From Micrococcales bacterium (GTDB lineage: Bacteria; Actinomycetota; Actinomycetes; Actinomycetales; Microbacteriaceae): 64,000 bases of DNA. Under the pieces are notes generated by a model. That model had not been told where the DNA came from, searched no databases, and saw only the letters and a list, made by a program, of their open reading frames with translations. The stretch spans positions 9,071 through 73,070 of the forward strand of contig CANKLZ010000001.1 of NCBI GenBank assembly GCA_947483795.1, in the 5' to 3' direction. This document shows positions 1-8,213 of this stretch, piece by piece; the stretch's first letter is position 1, and each line of letters begins with the position of its first letter. Position numbers and translations under genes: made by a program.

Positions 1-47
1 TCAATAAAGATAAAGACGCAGAAGTGGAAGACAAAATATTGGATTAG

Positions 48-79
48 AAAAATTGGCCGCCTACATATAAACGGCCAAT
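48..79 (-). terminator. Probable intrinsic terminator downstream of the rhodopsin gene
   Basis: Inverted repeat ATTGGCCG (52-59) / CGGCCAAT (72-79), followed by a T-run on the minus strand (48-51). A convergent plus-strand ORF fragment (..NKDKDAEVEDKILD*) may end at 47. Confidence 0.6.
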
Positions 80-93
80 AATCTTCTACAGTT

Positions 94-801
94 TTACTTC
101 TTTACAGCTTTCAGAGCAACTATCCCGAAACCAACCTTGTTGATCACATCTGCAAAGACGTAAATGATTGCCGCCAGACATACCGCCAGCTCAATGGTCT
201 TTGCATCTGAACCAGATAGCTCGAGGAACTCTTGAACTGCAGTTCCAATTGGATAAATCACCCACCCGAAGATAACGAATTTCTTCATGTTCAGAATGGA
301 CTGCTTTATTGCAGCAGTGCCCTTAGTTGGCTTTAGCTGCCAAATTGTGTAGGCGATGTACATCCAGGCAACAGATGAGATGATGAAGTTCATGTAGTTA
401 CCCACACTGCCAGGCTGACCAATTTCTCCGAAGTAACCGGTGATGATCATGACAAGGTCCGCCATGACCAAACGGTAGGTGGTTCCCTTAGGTGCACCGG
501 CAAGAGATGCAATGATTCCAAACTCTAGAAGCAGTAGTGGAGTCGTCAAAACCCAGTCCAAATACCTAACCGGCATTGTTGACTCAATTGCTGCTACATC
601 AGTTATGCCTGGGAATGAAACCATGTCCTTCATCTGCCAGTAAAGGATTGCCGCGATAAATGTAACCAGAGCAGCATAGGTAGCTGTTGACTTATGTTCT
701 GGCTTTAGTTCTGTTCTCTCTAACAAAAAATAAAGTGTGCCTGCGGCCATTGAAACAAATCCCAGCATGAATAGTGCTTGAGTGATACTTAATAAATCCA
801 T
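94..801 (-). CDS. Type-1 microbial rhodopsin, ESR/MACR-like, DTE motif (putative outward proton pump)
   Basis: Seven hydrophobic segments; helix C RYLDWVLTTPLLLLE, helix F GWVIYPIG, helix G ADVINKVGFG with Schiff-base Lys222; RBS AGAAGGGA upstream. Confidence 0.95.
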   Translation of the reverse strand: MDLLSITQALFMLGFVSMAAGTLYFLLERTELKPEHKSTATYAALVTFIAAILYWQMKDMVSFPGITDVAAIESTMPVRYLDWVLTTPLLLLEFGIIASLAGAPKGTTYRLVMADLVMIITGYFGEIGQPGSVGNYMNFIISSVAWMYIAYTIWQLKPTKGTAAIKQSILNMKKFVIFGWVIYPIGTAVQEFLELSGSDAKTIELAVCLAAIIYVFADVINKVGFGIVALKAVKK

Positions 802-859
802 AATCGATCCCTTCTAGATCATTTGAAAATACACTATTGGAGATTAAGGCTAAATTGCC

Positions 860-2458
860 TTAGGACAGGACTATCAAATCTCGATAACCATCGTTCCAGA
901 GGTCTTCCTGTCCGTCTGGCATAACCAAAACTCTTTCGGGATTTAGAGCATCCACGGCACCAACATCGTGAGAAACCAGCACTACAGCGCCTGAGAAGCT
1001 CGCTAGAGCCTTGAGGATCTCTTCACGGCTTGCTGGGTCTAAGTTGTTGGTTGGCTCATCAAGCAGCAACACATTCGCTCTGGATACCACTAGAGCTGCA
1101 AGTGCCAGTCTGGTCTTCTCCCCACCACTTAGTACCTGGGCAGGCTTATCAACATCATCCCCAGAGAAGAGGAAGGAGCCAAGGACCTTACGAGCATCTG
1201 TGTCATTGAGTTCTGGAGCCTGAGCCTGCATGTTTTGCAGCACTGTCTTATTCATGTCCAGGGTCTCGTGCTCTTGGGCGTAGTAACCAATCTTGAGTCC
1301 GTGACCGGCGTCTATTTTTCCGGTGTCTGGTTGCTCGACGTCCCCAAGAATTCTTAGCAAAGTGGTTTTACCAGCACCGTTGAGGCCGATGATTACAACT
1401 CGAGATCCTCTATCAATTGCTAAGTCCACGGCGGTGAAAATTTCAAGTGAGCCGTAACTCTTGCTTAGGTTATGCCCAAACAGTGGGGTCTTGCCACAAG
1501 ATTGAGGCTCGGGGAATCTAATGTTAGCTACCCTGTCTTTTTCACGAACATCATCAAGGGAACTAAGTAGTTTCTCAGCACGTTTGTTCATTTGGTGCGC
1601 CGCAGTTGCTTTAGAAGCTTTAGCTCCAAACTTTGCTGCCTGTAGTTGCAGCACCGATGCTTTCTTTTCAGCTATAGCCCGGTCGCGCTTTCTACGCTCT
1701 TCGTCTGCTTCGCGCTGCTTTAGGTAAGCTCGCCAGCCCATGTTGTAGATGTCAATTACTCCACGATTAGCATCGAGGTAGAAAACACGATTGACCGTTT
1801 CTTCAACAATGTCGATGTCGTGACTAATGACTATGAGACCGCCTTGATAGTTCTTCAAGAAATCTCGCAACCAAGTGATGCTGTCAGCATCCAAGTGGTT
1901 TGTCGGCTCATCCAGAATCATGGTTGTCGCATCCGAAAAGAGAATTCTTGCCAACTCGATGCGTCTTCTTTGTCCTCCAGAGAGTGTGCCAATAGGCTGA
2001 CTTAGAACATTCGGCTTGAGCCCCAAGTTGCTTGCAATCGAAGCTGCCTCTGCTTCTGCGGCGTATCCGCCGTTCGCTTGGAATTGATTCTCTAGTTTCT
2101 CGTAACGTTCCATAGCTTGCGCATAGACATCTTCATCCACCGAACCCATTTGCTCGCGGGTGGCTTCAAGTTTCTTGATGATGGTTCCCAGGCCTCGCGC
2201 ATTCAAAATACGATCACTCGCGAGTTCTTCAAGGTCACCAGTTCTTGGATCCTGCGGCAGATAGCCAATTTCTCCTATGCGTTCCACAGAACCTGCACTT
2301 GGTTGAAAATCCCCCGCTATTACTTTAGTGAGAGTGGTCTTACCGGCTCCGTTACGACCGACAAGCCCGACCTTATCCCCCTTGGATACCTGGAAACTTA
2401 CCCCAGACATCAAAACTCTTGCTCCAATGGTTATTTCAAGTTCACGCACGTTAATCAT
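860..2458 (-). CDS. ABC-F family ATP-binding protein (ribosome-associated)
   Basis: Two ABC domains (GRNGAGKT, LSGGQ, LDEPTNHLD; GLNGAGKT, LSGGE, LDEPTNNLD); no transmembrane segments. Confidence 0.93.
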   Translation of the reverse strand: MINVRELEITIGARVLMSGVSFQVSKGDKVGLVGRNGAGKTTLTKVIAGDFQPSAGSVERIGEIGYLPQDPRTGDLEELASDRILNARGLGTIIKKLEATREQMGSVDEDVYAQAMERYEKLENQFQANGGYAAEAEAASIASNLGLKPNVLSQPIGTLSGGQRRRIELARILFSDATTMILDEPTNHLDADSITWLRDFLKNYQGGLIVISHDIDIVEETVNRVFYLDANRGVIDIYNMGWRAYLKQREADEERRKRDRAIAEKKASVLQLQAAKFGAKASKATAAHQMNKRAEKLLSSLDDVREKDRVANIRFPEPQSCGKTPLFGHNLSKSYGSLEIFTAVDLAIDRGSRVVIIGLNGAGKTTLLRILGDVEQPDTGKIDAGHGLKIGYYAQEHETLDMNKTVLQNMQAQAPELNDTDARKVLGSFLFSGDDVDKPAQVLSGGEKTRLALAALVVSRANVLLLDEPTNNLDPASREEILKALASFSGAVVLVSHDVGAVDALNPERVLVMPDGQEDLWNDGYRDLIVLS

Positions 2459-2557
2459 GACGGAACTCCAATTGGTGGTTGATTTTTGATGAAACCGAGT
2501 TTGGCTCCCTGTACTACCCTACAATTAAGAAAACATTCAGGTATGAAAGGCCACCAA

Positions 2558-3148
2558 GTGAGCATTGCACAACAGAGAAACGTAACATTCATAGATTCCG
2601 TCATTTCTCGTTCAAGAGTTTCTGATGTTGCACTTGTTTCAACAGGAGTCTTGATCACAGCGCTAGCGGCTCAAGTATCAATCCCTGCTTTCCCAGTACC
2701 GTTCACGCTTCAAACTCTTGCGGTTCTTTTGATTGGGGCAACCTACGGAGCTGCTCGCGGAGCTATCACCATGAGCGTTTACGCCCTCGTTGGAGTGCTA
2801 GGTGCTCCGGTGTTCACTGAAGGAAAGGGCGGATTAGAAGTCCTATTGAGCGCTAGAGGTGGGTTCATTATAGGTTTCATTTTCGCTGCCGCTTTGATTG
2901 GGCGCATGGCTGAACTTAAGTGGAGTTCAAACTTTCTTAAGATGACCGCAAGCTTCGTGCTGGGATCCCTGGCTATTTACGCAGTAGGAATACCTGTATT
3001 GGCAATGTTGAACCCTAAGTTGAATTCAGACTTGATTGCGGCAACAGTGGCTATGTCACCGTTCTTCATCTGGGATGCTGTGAAAGCCGTTATTGCTGGT
3101 GCACTTTTACCAACCGCTTGGGTAGTTGTAAAGAAGATCAAAGGTTAA
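2558..3148 (+). CDS. bioY: Biotin transporter BioY
   Basis: PVPFTLQTLAV, GAPVF and GGFIIGF motifs; hydrophobic. GTG start at 2558 follows GAAAGG (ORF track starts at 2486). Confidence 0.88.
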   Translation: MSIAQQRNVTFIDSVISRSRVSDVALVSTGVLITALAAQVSIPAFPVPFTLQTLAVLLIGATYGAARGAITMSVYALVGVLGAPVFTEGKGGLEVLLSARGGFIIGFIFAAALIGRMAELKWSSNFLKMTASFVLGSLAIYAVGIPVLAMLNPKLNSDLIAATVAMSPFFIWDAVKAVIAGALLPTAWVVVKKIKG

Positions 3149-3474
3149 ATAGCAAAACCAATTGCTCGCATTTGTTCTCTACCGTCTTCGGTAATTAGTT
3201 CCTGACCCCATGGTGGCATCCATACCCAGTTGATTCTGAAAGCTTCAACAACTCCATCCAGAGCCATGCCCATTTGTTCTTCAATGACATCTGTCAGAGG
3301 GCAGCCAGCTGAAGTTAGGGTCATGTGAATCAGCAGTGAGCCATCTTCAGATTCTTTAAGGTCATAGATAAGACCTAGGTCAACAATGTTTACACCGATC
3401 TCAGGGTCGATTACTTCCTTGATTGCTTCAAGGACCTCATCGTATCTCTCAGGAGAAAGATCTATTTCGGACAA
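3145..3474 (-). CDS. sufT: Fe-S cluster assembly factor SufT (DUF59/PaaD family)
   Basis: VIDPEIGVNIVDLGLIY, TLTSAGCP and WMPPW motifs; last gene of the suf operon. Confidence 0.9.
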   Translation of the reverse strand: MSEIDLSPERYDEVLEAIKEVIDPEIGVNIVDLGLIYDLKESEDGSLLIHMTLTSAGCPLTDVIEEQMGMALDGVVEAFRINWVWMPPWGQELITEDGREQMRAIGFAI

Positions 3475-3476
3475 GG

Positions 3477-4229
3477 TTATGCCTTCACGTATCTGTCGTA
3501 ACCTTCAGCCTCAAGCTGGTCTGCGAGTTCCGCTCCACCTTGTTCAGCAACTTTTCCATCTACGAAAACGTGCACGAAATTCGGCTTGATGTACTTCAGG
3601 ATTCTGGTGTAGTGAGTGATCATGAGAATACCTAGATCATTCGCTTGGTGCGCTCGGTTTACGCCCTCAGAAACAATCTTTAGAGCGTCAACGTCTAGTC
3701 CTGAGTCTGTCTCATCAAGAATTGCGAAGCGAGGCTTTAGAAGTTCAAGCTGCAAGATCTCGTGACGCTTCTTCTCTCCACCCGAGAATCCTTCGTTGAC
3801 GTTTCGCTCTGAGAAAGTTGAATCAATCTTTAGGCCGTCCATCGCTTCACGAACATCTTTGATCCATGTTCTAAGTGCAGGAGCTTCACCGGTGATAGCG
3901 GTCTTTGCTGTTCTTAGAAAGTTCGATACGGATACTCCAGGAATTTCTACTGGATACTGCATGGCTAGGAACAGTCCGGCACGTGCACGCTCATCAACGC
4001 TCATCTCTAGAACATCTTCACCATCTAGAAGAATCTCTCCCTCGGTGACTGTGTACTTAGGGTGACCAGCTATTGAGTAAGCCAGTGTTGACTTACCTGA
4101 ACCGTTAGGACCCATAACAGCATGGATCTCGCCGCTCTTGATAGTTAGGTCAACACCTTTGAGAATCTCTTTGGTGCCCTGATCTGTTTCGACTGTTACG
4201 TGTAGGTTCTTGATTTCTAGAGTTGCCAT
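3477..4229 (-). CDS. sufC: Fe-S cluster assembly ATPase SufC
   Basis: MGPNGSGKST, FSGGEKKR, LDETDSGLDVDAL. Confidence 0.96.
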   Translation of the reverse strand: MATLEIKNLHVTVETDQGTKEILKGVDLTIKSGEIHAVMGPNGSGKSTLAYSIAGHPKYTVTEGEILLDGEDVLEMSVDERARAGLFLAMQYPVEIPGVSVSNFLRTAKTAITGEAPALRTWIKDVREAMDGLKIDSTFSERNVNEGFSGGEKKRHEILQLELLKPRFAILDETDSGLDVDALKIVSEGVNRAHQANDLGILMITHYTRILKYIKPNFVHVFVDGKVAEQGGAELADQLEAEGYDRYVKA

Positions 4230-4243
4230 GATTTCCTTTTGGC

Positions 4244-4558
4244 CTAAGCCTGTTCGTATTCGATAAAAACTTCGTCGTTTTCGACTAGTACTTCATAAAC
4301 TGCAACGGGTTCGTAAGCAGGTAGTGAAAGAGGTGCGCCTGTCTCCAGAGAAAACTTCGCTCCGTGCGCCCAGCACTCGATAGTTTCATTATCAACAAAT
4401 CCTTCGCTTAGAGAAATCTCGCCGTGTGAACACTTGTCGTCCAATGCGTGAAACTCTCCGTTAGGGCTTTTCACAATCGCAATTGCGTGATCACCAATCT
4501 TGACTCTTAGAGCTCTTCCAGGCTTGATGTCATCAACGCCACAGATACGAATTGCCAT
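4244..4558 (-). CDS. Rieske-type [2Fe-2S] ferredoxin of the suf operon
   Basis: CSH...CWAH Rieske ligands; lies between sufD and sufC. Confidence 0.9.
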   Translation of the reverse strand: MAIRICGVDDIKPGRALRVKIGDHAIAIVKSPNGEFHALDDKCSHGEISLSEGFVDNETIECWAHGAKFSLETGAPLSLPAYEPVAVYEVLVENDEVFIEYEQA

Positions 4559-5727
4559 TAGTAACTCCCTAGTTTCTCTTCAACTACCTTGGTAAGGCTT
4601 TCAACAAGATCTTCAACACCGGTTCTCTGCAGAATATCAACCAAGAACCCTAGAACAACTAAACGTCTAGCGTCATCAACTGTCATGCCTCGAGCTTGTA
4701 AGTAGAAAAGTTGCTCGTCATCAAATCTTCCTGAAGCACTTGCGTGCCCAGCTCCTTCGATTTCACCAGTCTCAATTTCAAGGTTTGGAACAGAATCTGC
4801 TCGAGCACCATCAGTTAGAAGAAGGTTTCTGTTTAGTTCGTAAGTATCTGTACCTTCAGCAACAACACGAATCAGTACGTCACCAATCCAAACGGTGTGA
4901 GCCTTGTTGCCTTGAAGAGCTCCCTTGTAGGTGACTCTAGATTTACAGTTCGGTGCAGCGTGGTCAACGAATGGTCGGTTCTCAAGGTGCTGTCCTGCAC
5001 TAGCGAAGTAAACACCGTTCATCTCGACTTCTGCACCAGGCCCTGTGAAAGTGGTCACTGGAGTGATGCGAACAAGGTCACCACCAAATGAAGCGATTGA
5101 GTGCTTCAGATAAGAGTTTCTTGCAAGCTTCGAAAAGTGCGCTGAGACGTGAGCTGATCCGTTGTCCCAGTTCTGAACTGAAACAATGTTCAACTTGGCT
5201 TCATCCTGAACATCGATCTCAATAATCTCGGCCAGGTTTCCAAGACCACTGTGCTCAACAATTAGTGTGGCCTTGCTGAACTTCTTTGCCACGACAAAAA
5301 CATGTAGCGCACTCGGAGTCGAATGATTTGCTGAAATCTTTACAACTACTGGCTGAGCTACTTCTGCATTTTCAGCCACTTCAACAAGAAGAGTCTTGCT
5401 TGCGTTTGTATACGCGGCAGCAGCTACACGGTCTTCTGGAACACCAATAGACCCAACTCTTGCATCAGTACTTTCGATCCAAGAAATCTCTACGTCATCG
5501 GTTGAAGAGAAAGAAACTTCTGATGCGTACTCCCCTAATACGTCTGAATCTAAACCATTTAGCTGCTCTGGTTGCAGATAACGCCATAGATCTTGAAGTG
5601 GAGAGACTGCCTCAAAGTCAGACACTGACTTCGATGAAGGCCTATCGCTTCTGATTTGTAGTGGAACGAATGACCCATGCGTGTGCTCAGCTAAACCGTG
5701 CTGAGCGGTTGATTGCGAATCTGACAT
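4558..5727 (-). CDS. sufD: Fe-S cluster assembly protein SufD
   Basis: ADSVPNLEI, GAGHASASG, QLFYLQARG; operon position. Confidence 0.94.
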   Translation of the reverse strand: MSDSQSTAQHGLAEHTHGSFVPLQIRSDRPSSKSVSDFEAVSPLQDLWRYLQPEQLNGLDSDVLGEYASEVSFSSTDDVEISWIESTDARVGSIGVPEDRVAAAAYTNASKTLLVEVAENAEVAQPVVVKISANHSTPSALHVFVVAKKFSKATLIVEHSGLGNLAEIIEIDVQDEAKLNIVSVQNWDNGSAHVSAHFSKLARNSYLKHSIASFGGDLVRITPVTTFTGPGAEVEMNGVYFASAGQHLENRPFVDHAAPNCKSRVTYKGALQGNKAHTVWIGDVLIRVVAEGTDTYELNRNLLLTDGARADSVPNLEIETGEIEGAGHASASGRFDDEQLFYLQARGMTVDDARRLVVLGFLVDILQRTGVEDLVESLTKVVEEKLGSY

Positions 5728-7145
5728 TAACCGACAGCGCCTTCCATTTGCATTTCGATTAGCTTGTTGAGCTCAAGCGCATATTCCATTGGAAGTTCTT
5801 TAGCGATTGGCTCAATGAAACCACGAACAATCATCGCCATAGCCTCATCTTCAGCCATACCTCGGGATTGCAAATAGAACAATTGCTCATCGCTCACTCT
5901 AGAGACAGTAGCTTCGTGACCCATCGATACATCATCTTCGCGAACATCGACAGCTGGGTAAGTATCGCTTCTCGAAATAGTGTCAATAAGCAAAGCGTCG
6001 CAGCGAACTGTGTTTGCAGAGTGGTGTGCTCCTGGGTTTACTCGAATTTCTCCGCGGTAAGAGGTTCTTCCACCGGCTCGGGCAATTGACTTAGAAACAA
6101 TTGAAGACGAAGTGTAAGGTGCAAGGTGGATCATCTTGGCTCCAGCATCCTGATGTTGACCTTCTCCTGCGAAAGCAACAGATAGCGTTTCACCTCTAGC
6201 GTGCTCACCAGCAAGAATTACTGCTGGGTATTTCATGGTCACCTTGGAACCGATGTTTCCATCAATCCATTCCATGGTTGCACCTTCGTGAGCAACTGCT
6301 CTCTTAGTAACTAGGTTGTATACGTTGTTAGACCAGTTTTGAATGGTTGTGTAACGAACGCGAGCGTTCTTCTTCACAATGATTTCAACAACAGCTGAGT
6401 GCAATGAGTCGCTCTTGTATATCGGCGCAGTACATCCTTCGATGTAGTGAACGTATGAACCCTCATCGGCAATGATTAGAGTTCTCTCGAACTGACCCAT
6501 GTTCTCAGTGTTGATTCGGAAATAAGCCTGCAGTGGAATCTCAACTCGAACACCTTTTGGTACGTATACAAAGGATCCACCTGACCAAACGGCAGTGTTG
6601 AGAGCAGCAAACTTGTTGTCTCCCGCAGGGATAACAGTTCCGAAGTACTCTTGGAAGATTTCAGGATGCTCTTTAAGCGCAGTGTCGGTGTCCATGAAGA
6701 TAACGCCTTGACGCTCTAGTTCTTCATTAATCTGGTGATAAACCACTTCGGATTCGTATTGAGCAGCAACACCAGCTACGAGTCTCTGGCGTTCAGCCTC
6801 TGGAATACCTAGCTTTTCGTAGGTGTTCTTGATTTCCTCTGGAAGCTCTTCCCAAGAACCTGCCTGCTTCTCAGTTGAGCGCACGAAGTACTTGATGTTA
6901 TCGAAATCAATTCCACTGAGGTCTGCTCCCCAGGTTGGCATTGGCTTCTTCTGGAAATAAGAGAAACCCTTCAGTCTGAGGTCTAGCATCCACTGCGGTT
7001 CTGACTTAAGGTTAGAAATGTTTGAGACAACGTCAGTGTTGATTCCTCTTCTAGCACTAGCTCCCGCAGCATCCGTATCAGACCAGCCGAATTCATAGAT
7101 ACCAAGGCTGTCTAGTTCTGGACGTTCGATGGCTGCATCTGGCAT
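5727..7145 (-). CDS. sufB: Fe-S cluster assembly protein SufB
   Basis: [33 protein letters not shown]. Confidence 0.97.
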   Translation of the reverse strand: MPDAAIERPELDSLGIYEFGWSDTDAAGASARRGINTDVVSNISNLKSEPQWMLDLRLKGFSYFQKKPMPTWGADLSGIDFDNIKYFVRSTEKQAGSWEELPEEIKNTYEKLGIPEAERQRLVAGVAAQYESEVVYHQINEELERQGVIFMDTDTALKEHPEIFQEYFGTVIPAGDNKFAALNTAVWSGGSFVYVPKGVRVEIPLQAYFRINTENMGQFERTLIIADEGSYVHYIEGCTAPIYKSDSLHSAVVEIIVKKNARVRYTTIQNWSNNVYNLVTKRAVAHEGATMEWIDGNIGSKVTMKYPAVILAGEHARGETLSVAFAGEGQHQDAGAKMIHLAPYTSSSIVSKSIARAGGRTSYRGEIRVNPGAHHSANTVRCDALLIDTISRSDTYPAVDVREDDVSMGHEATVSRVSDEQLFYLQSRGMAEDEAMAMIVRGFIEPIAKELPMEYALELNKLIEMQMEGAVG

Positions 7146-7203
7146 TTCGTCTTCTTTCTGAAGGTTGATGGTTCAAAATGTACTTAAACAATTCTGTAAA
7201 TCT

Positions 7204-7222
7204 ACACAACGTACCCTTGTGT
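7204..7222. promoter_or_regulatory. Inverted repeat, candidate operator upstream of sufB
   Basis: ACACAA-N7-TTGTGT in the divergent sufB/ctaA intergenic region. Confidence 0.35.
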
Positions 7223-7239
7223 TTCGAAACTTTTCGCTC

Positions 7240-7260
7240 TTCTCAAGATGTTCTCAAGAT
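7240..7260 (+). repeat. Tandem direct repeat TTCTCAAGAT x2 with 11-bp period; candidate response-regulator box
   Basis: Exact copies at 7240-7249 and 7251-7260, just upstream of TAGTCT (7268-7273). Confidence 0.5.
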
Positions 7261-7331
7261 TGACGGCTAGTCTAAGTTTACCTAAACGTTACGAACTAAG
7301 TAACCCCAGAAACGACCAGAAAGAACTTGTT

Positions 7332-8213
7332 TTGATCGACAATTTGTTTGGCAGTCATAGGATTCGACTTTATGCCTGGCTTTCGCTGGCAAGTCAAATA
7401 CTCATAGTTGTAACTGGTGGCGCGGTTCGCTTAACTGGTTCTGGACTGGGTTGCCCGACCTGGCCCGAATGTGAACCGGGATCGCTGGTCAACGTCCCTG
7501 AGCAAGGTATTCACGGTGTCATTGAGTTTGGTAATCGACTCCTAACATTCCTCCTGCTATTTATCTCCCTCGGCACATTCATTACTGTTATGCGCCTCAA
7601 GAAAGGTAATCGCCAAGGCCTCTTTTGGACATCACTAGGACTTGGACTTGGAATAGTTGCCCAAGCAGTTTTGGGAGGAATAACAGTTCTCACCGGATTG
7701 AACTCTTGGATTGTTGGAGCACACTTCTTGGTTTCCATGGGATTGATTGTTATTGCAACTTTCCTATTTTGGTACTCGAGAGGTCGCAGGCGTTTAGCTC
7801 ACAACAAAGCATTATCAAGGCTCTCACTCTTGATGATTCCAGTTACAGTCGCCGTCATAGTAATCGGAGTCATTCTGACTGGCTCAGGCCCTCACGCTGG
7901 TGACAGTGATACACCTAGAAACGGCTTAGATTCAGAGCTTTGGTCGCACTACCACTCCTACCCTGCCTACCTTCTGCTTCTCTTGACTGTCGCTCAGGTA
8001 GCACTTCGATGGTCTATCACTGGTCCAAATAGCGCGCGCTTTTCACTTGGATTACTGGCAGTTTTGGGTTCACAGGCCATGCTTGGGCTAATTCAGACCT
8101 GGTTAGGTCTTCCCCTGATCTTGGTTGGTCTGCACATGCTCGGTGCATCCGTTCTAGCAAGCTTGATCACCTATCAAGCACTGCTCAACAAAGCCTGGTT
8201 AGGCATTAAATGA
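7332..8213 (+). CDS. ctaA: Heme A synthase (COX15/CtaA)
   Basis: GGAVRLTGSGLGCPTWPEC, IEFGNR, GSGPHAGD, conserved His residues. Start uncertain (TTG at 7332 vs ATG at 7248). Confidence 0.9.
   Translation: MIDNLFGSHRIRLYAWLSLASQILIVVTGGAVRLTGSGLGCPTWPECEPGSLVNVPEQGIHGVIEFGNRLLTFLLLFISLGTFITVMRLKKGNRQGLFWTSLGLGLGIVAQAVLGGITVLTGLNSWIVGAHFLVSMGLIVIATFLFWYSRGRRRLAHNKALSRLSLLMIPVTVAVIVIGVILTGSGPHAGDSDTPRNGLDSELWSHYHSYPAYLLLLLTVAQVALRWSITGPNSARFSLGLLAVLGSQAMLGLIQTWLGLPLILVGLHMLGASVLASLITYQALLNKAWLGIK

Noticed and set aside
1-47. Possible C-terminal end of a plus-strand gene (..NKDKDAEVEDKILD*)
   Set aside because: Too short at the window edge to identify, so it is not listed as a feature.
94-801. 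Compositional evidence for recent horizontal transfer of the opsin
   Set aside because: Spot GC counts of three 60-nt lines (24, 26 and 30 G+C) are not clearly different from flanking genes, and no flanking repeats or transposase were seen.
844-863. Palindrome upstream of the opsin as an IdeR/DtxR iron box
   Set aside because: It is an 18-bp even palindrome, whereas the IdeR box is 19 bp. Kept only as an unassigned palindrome.
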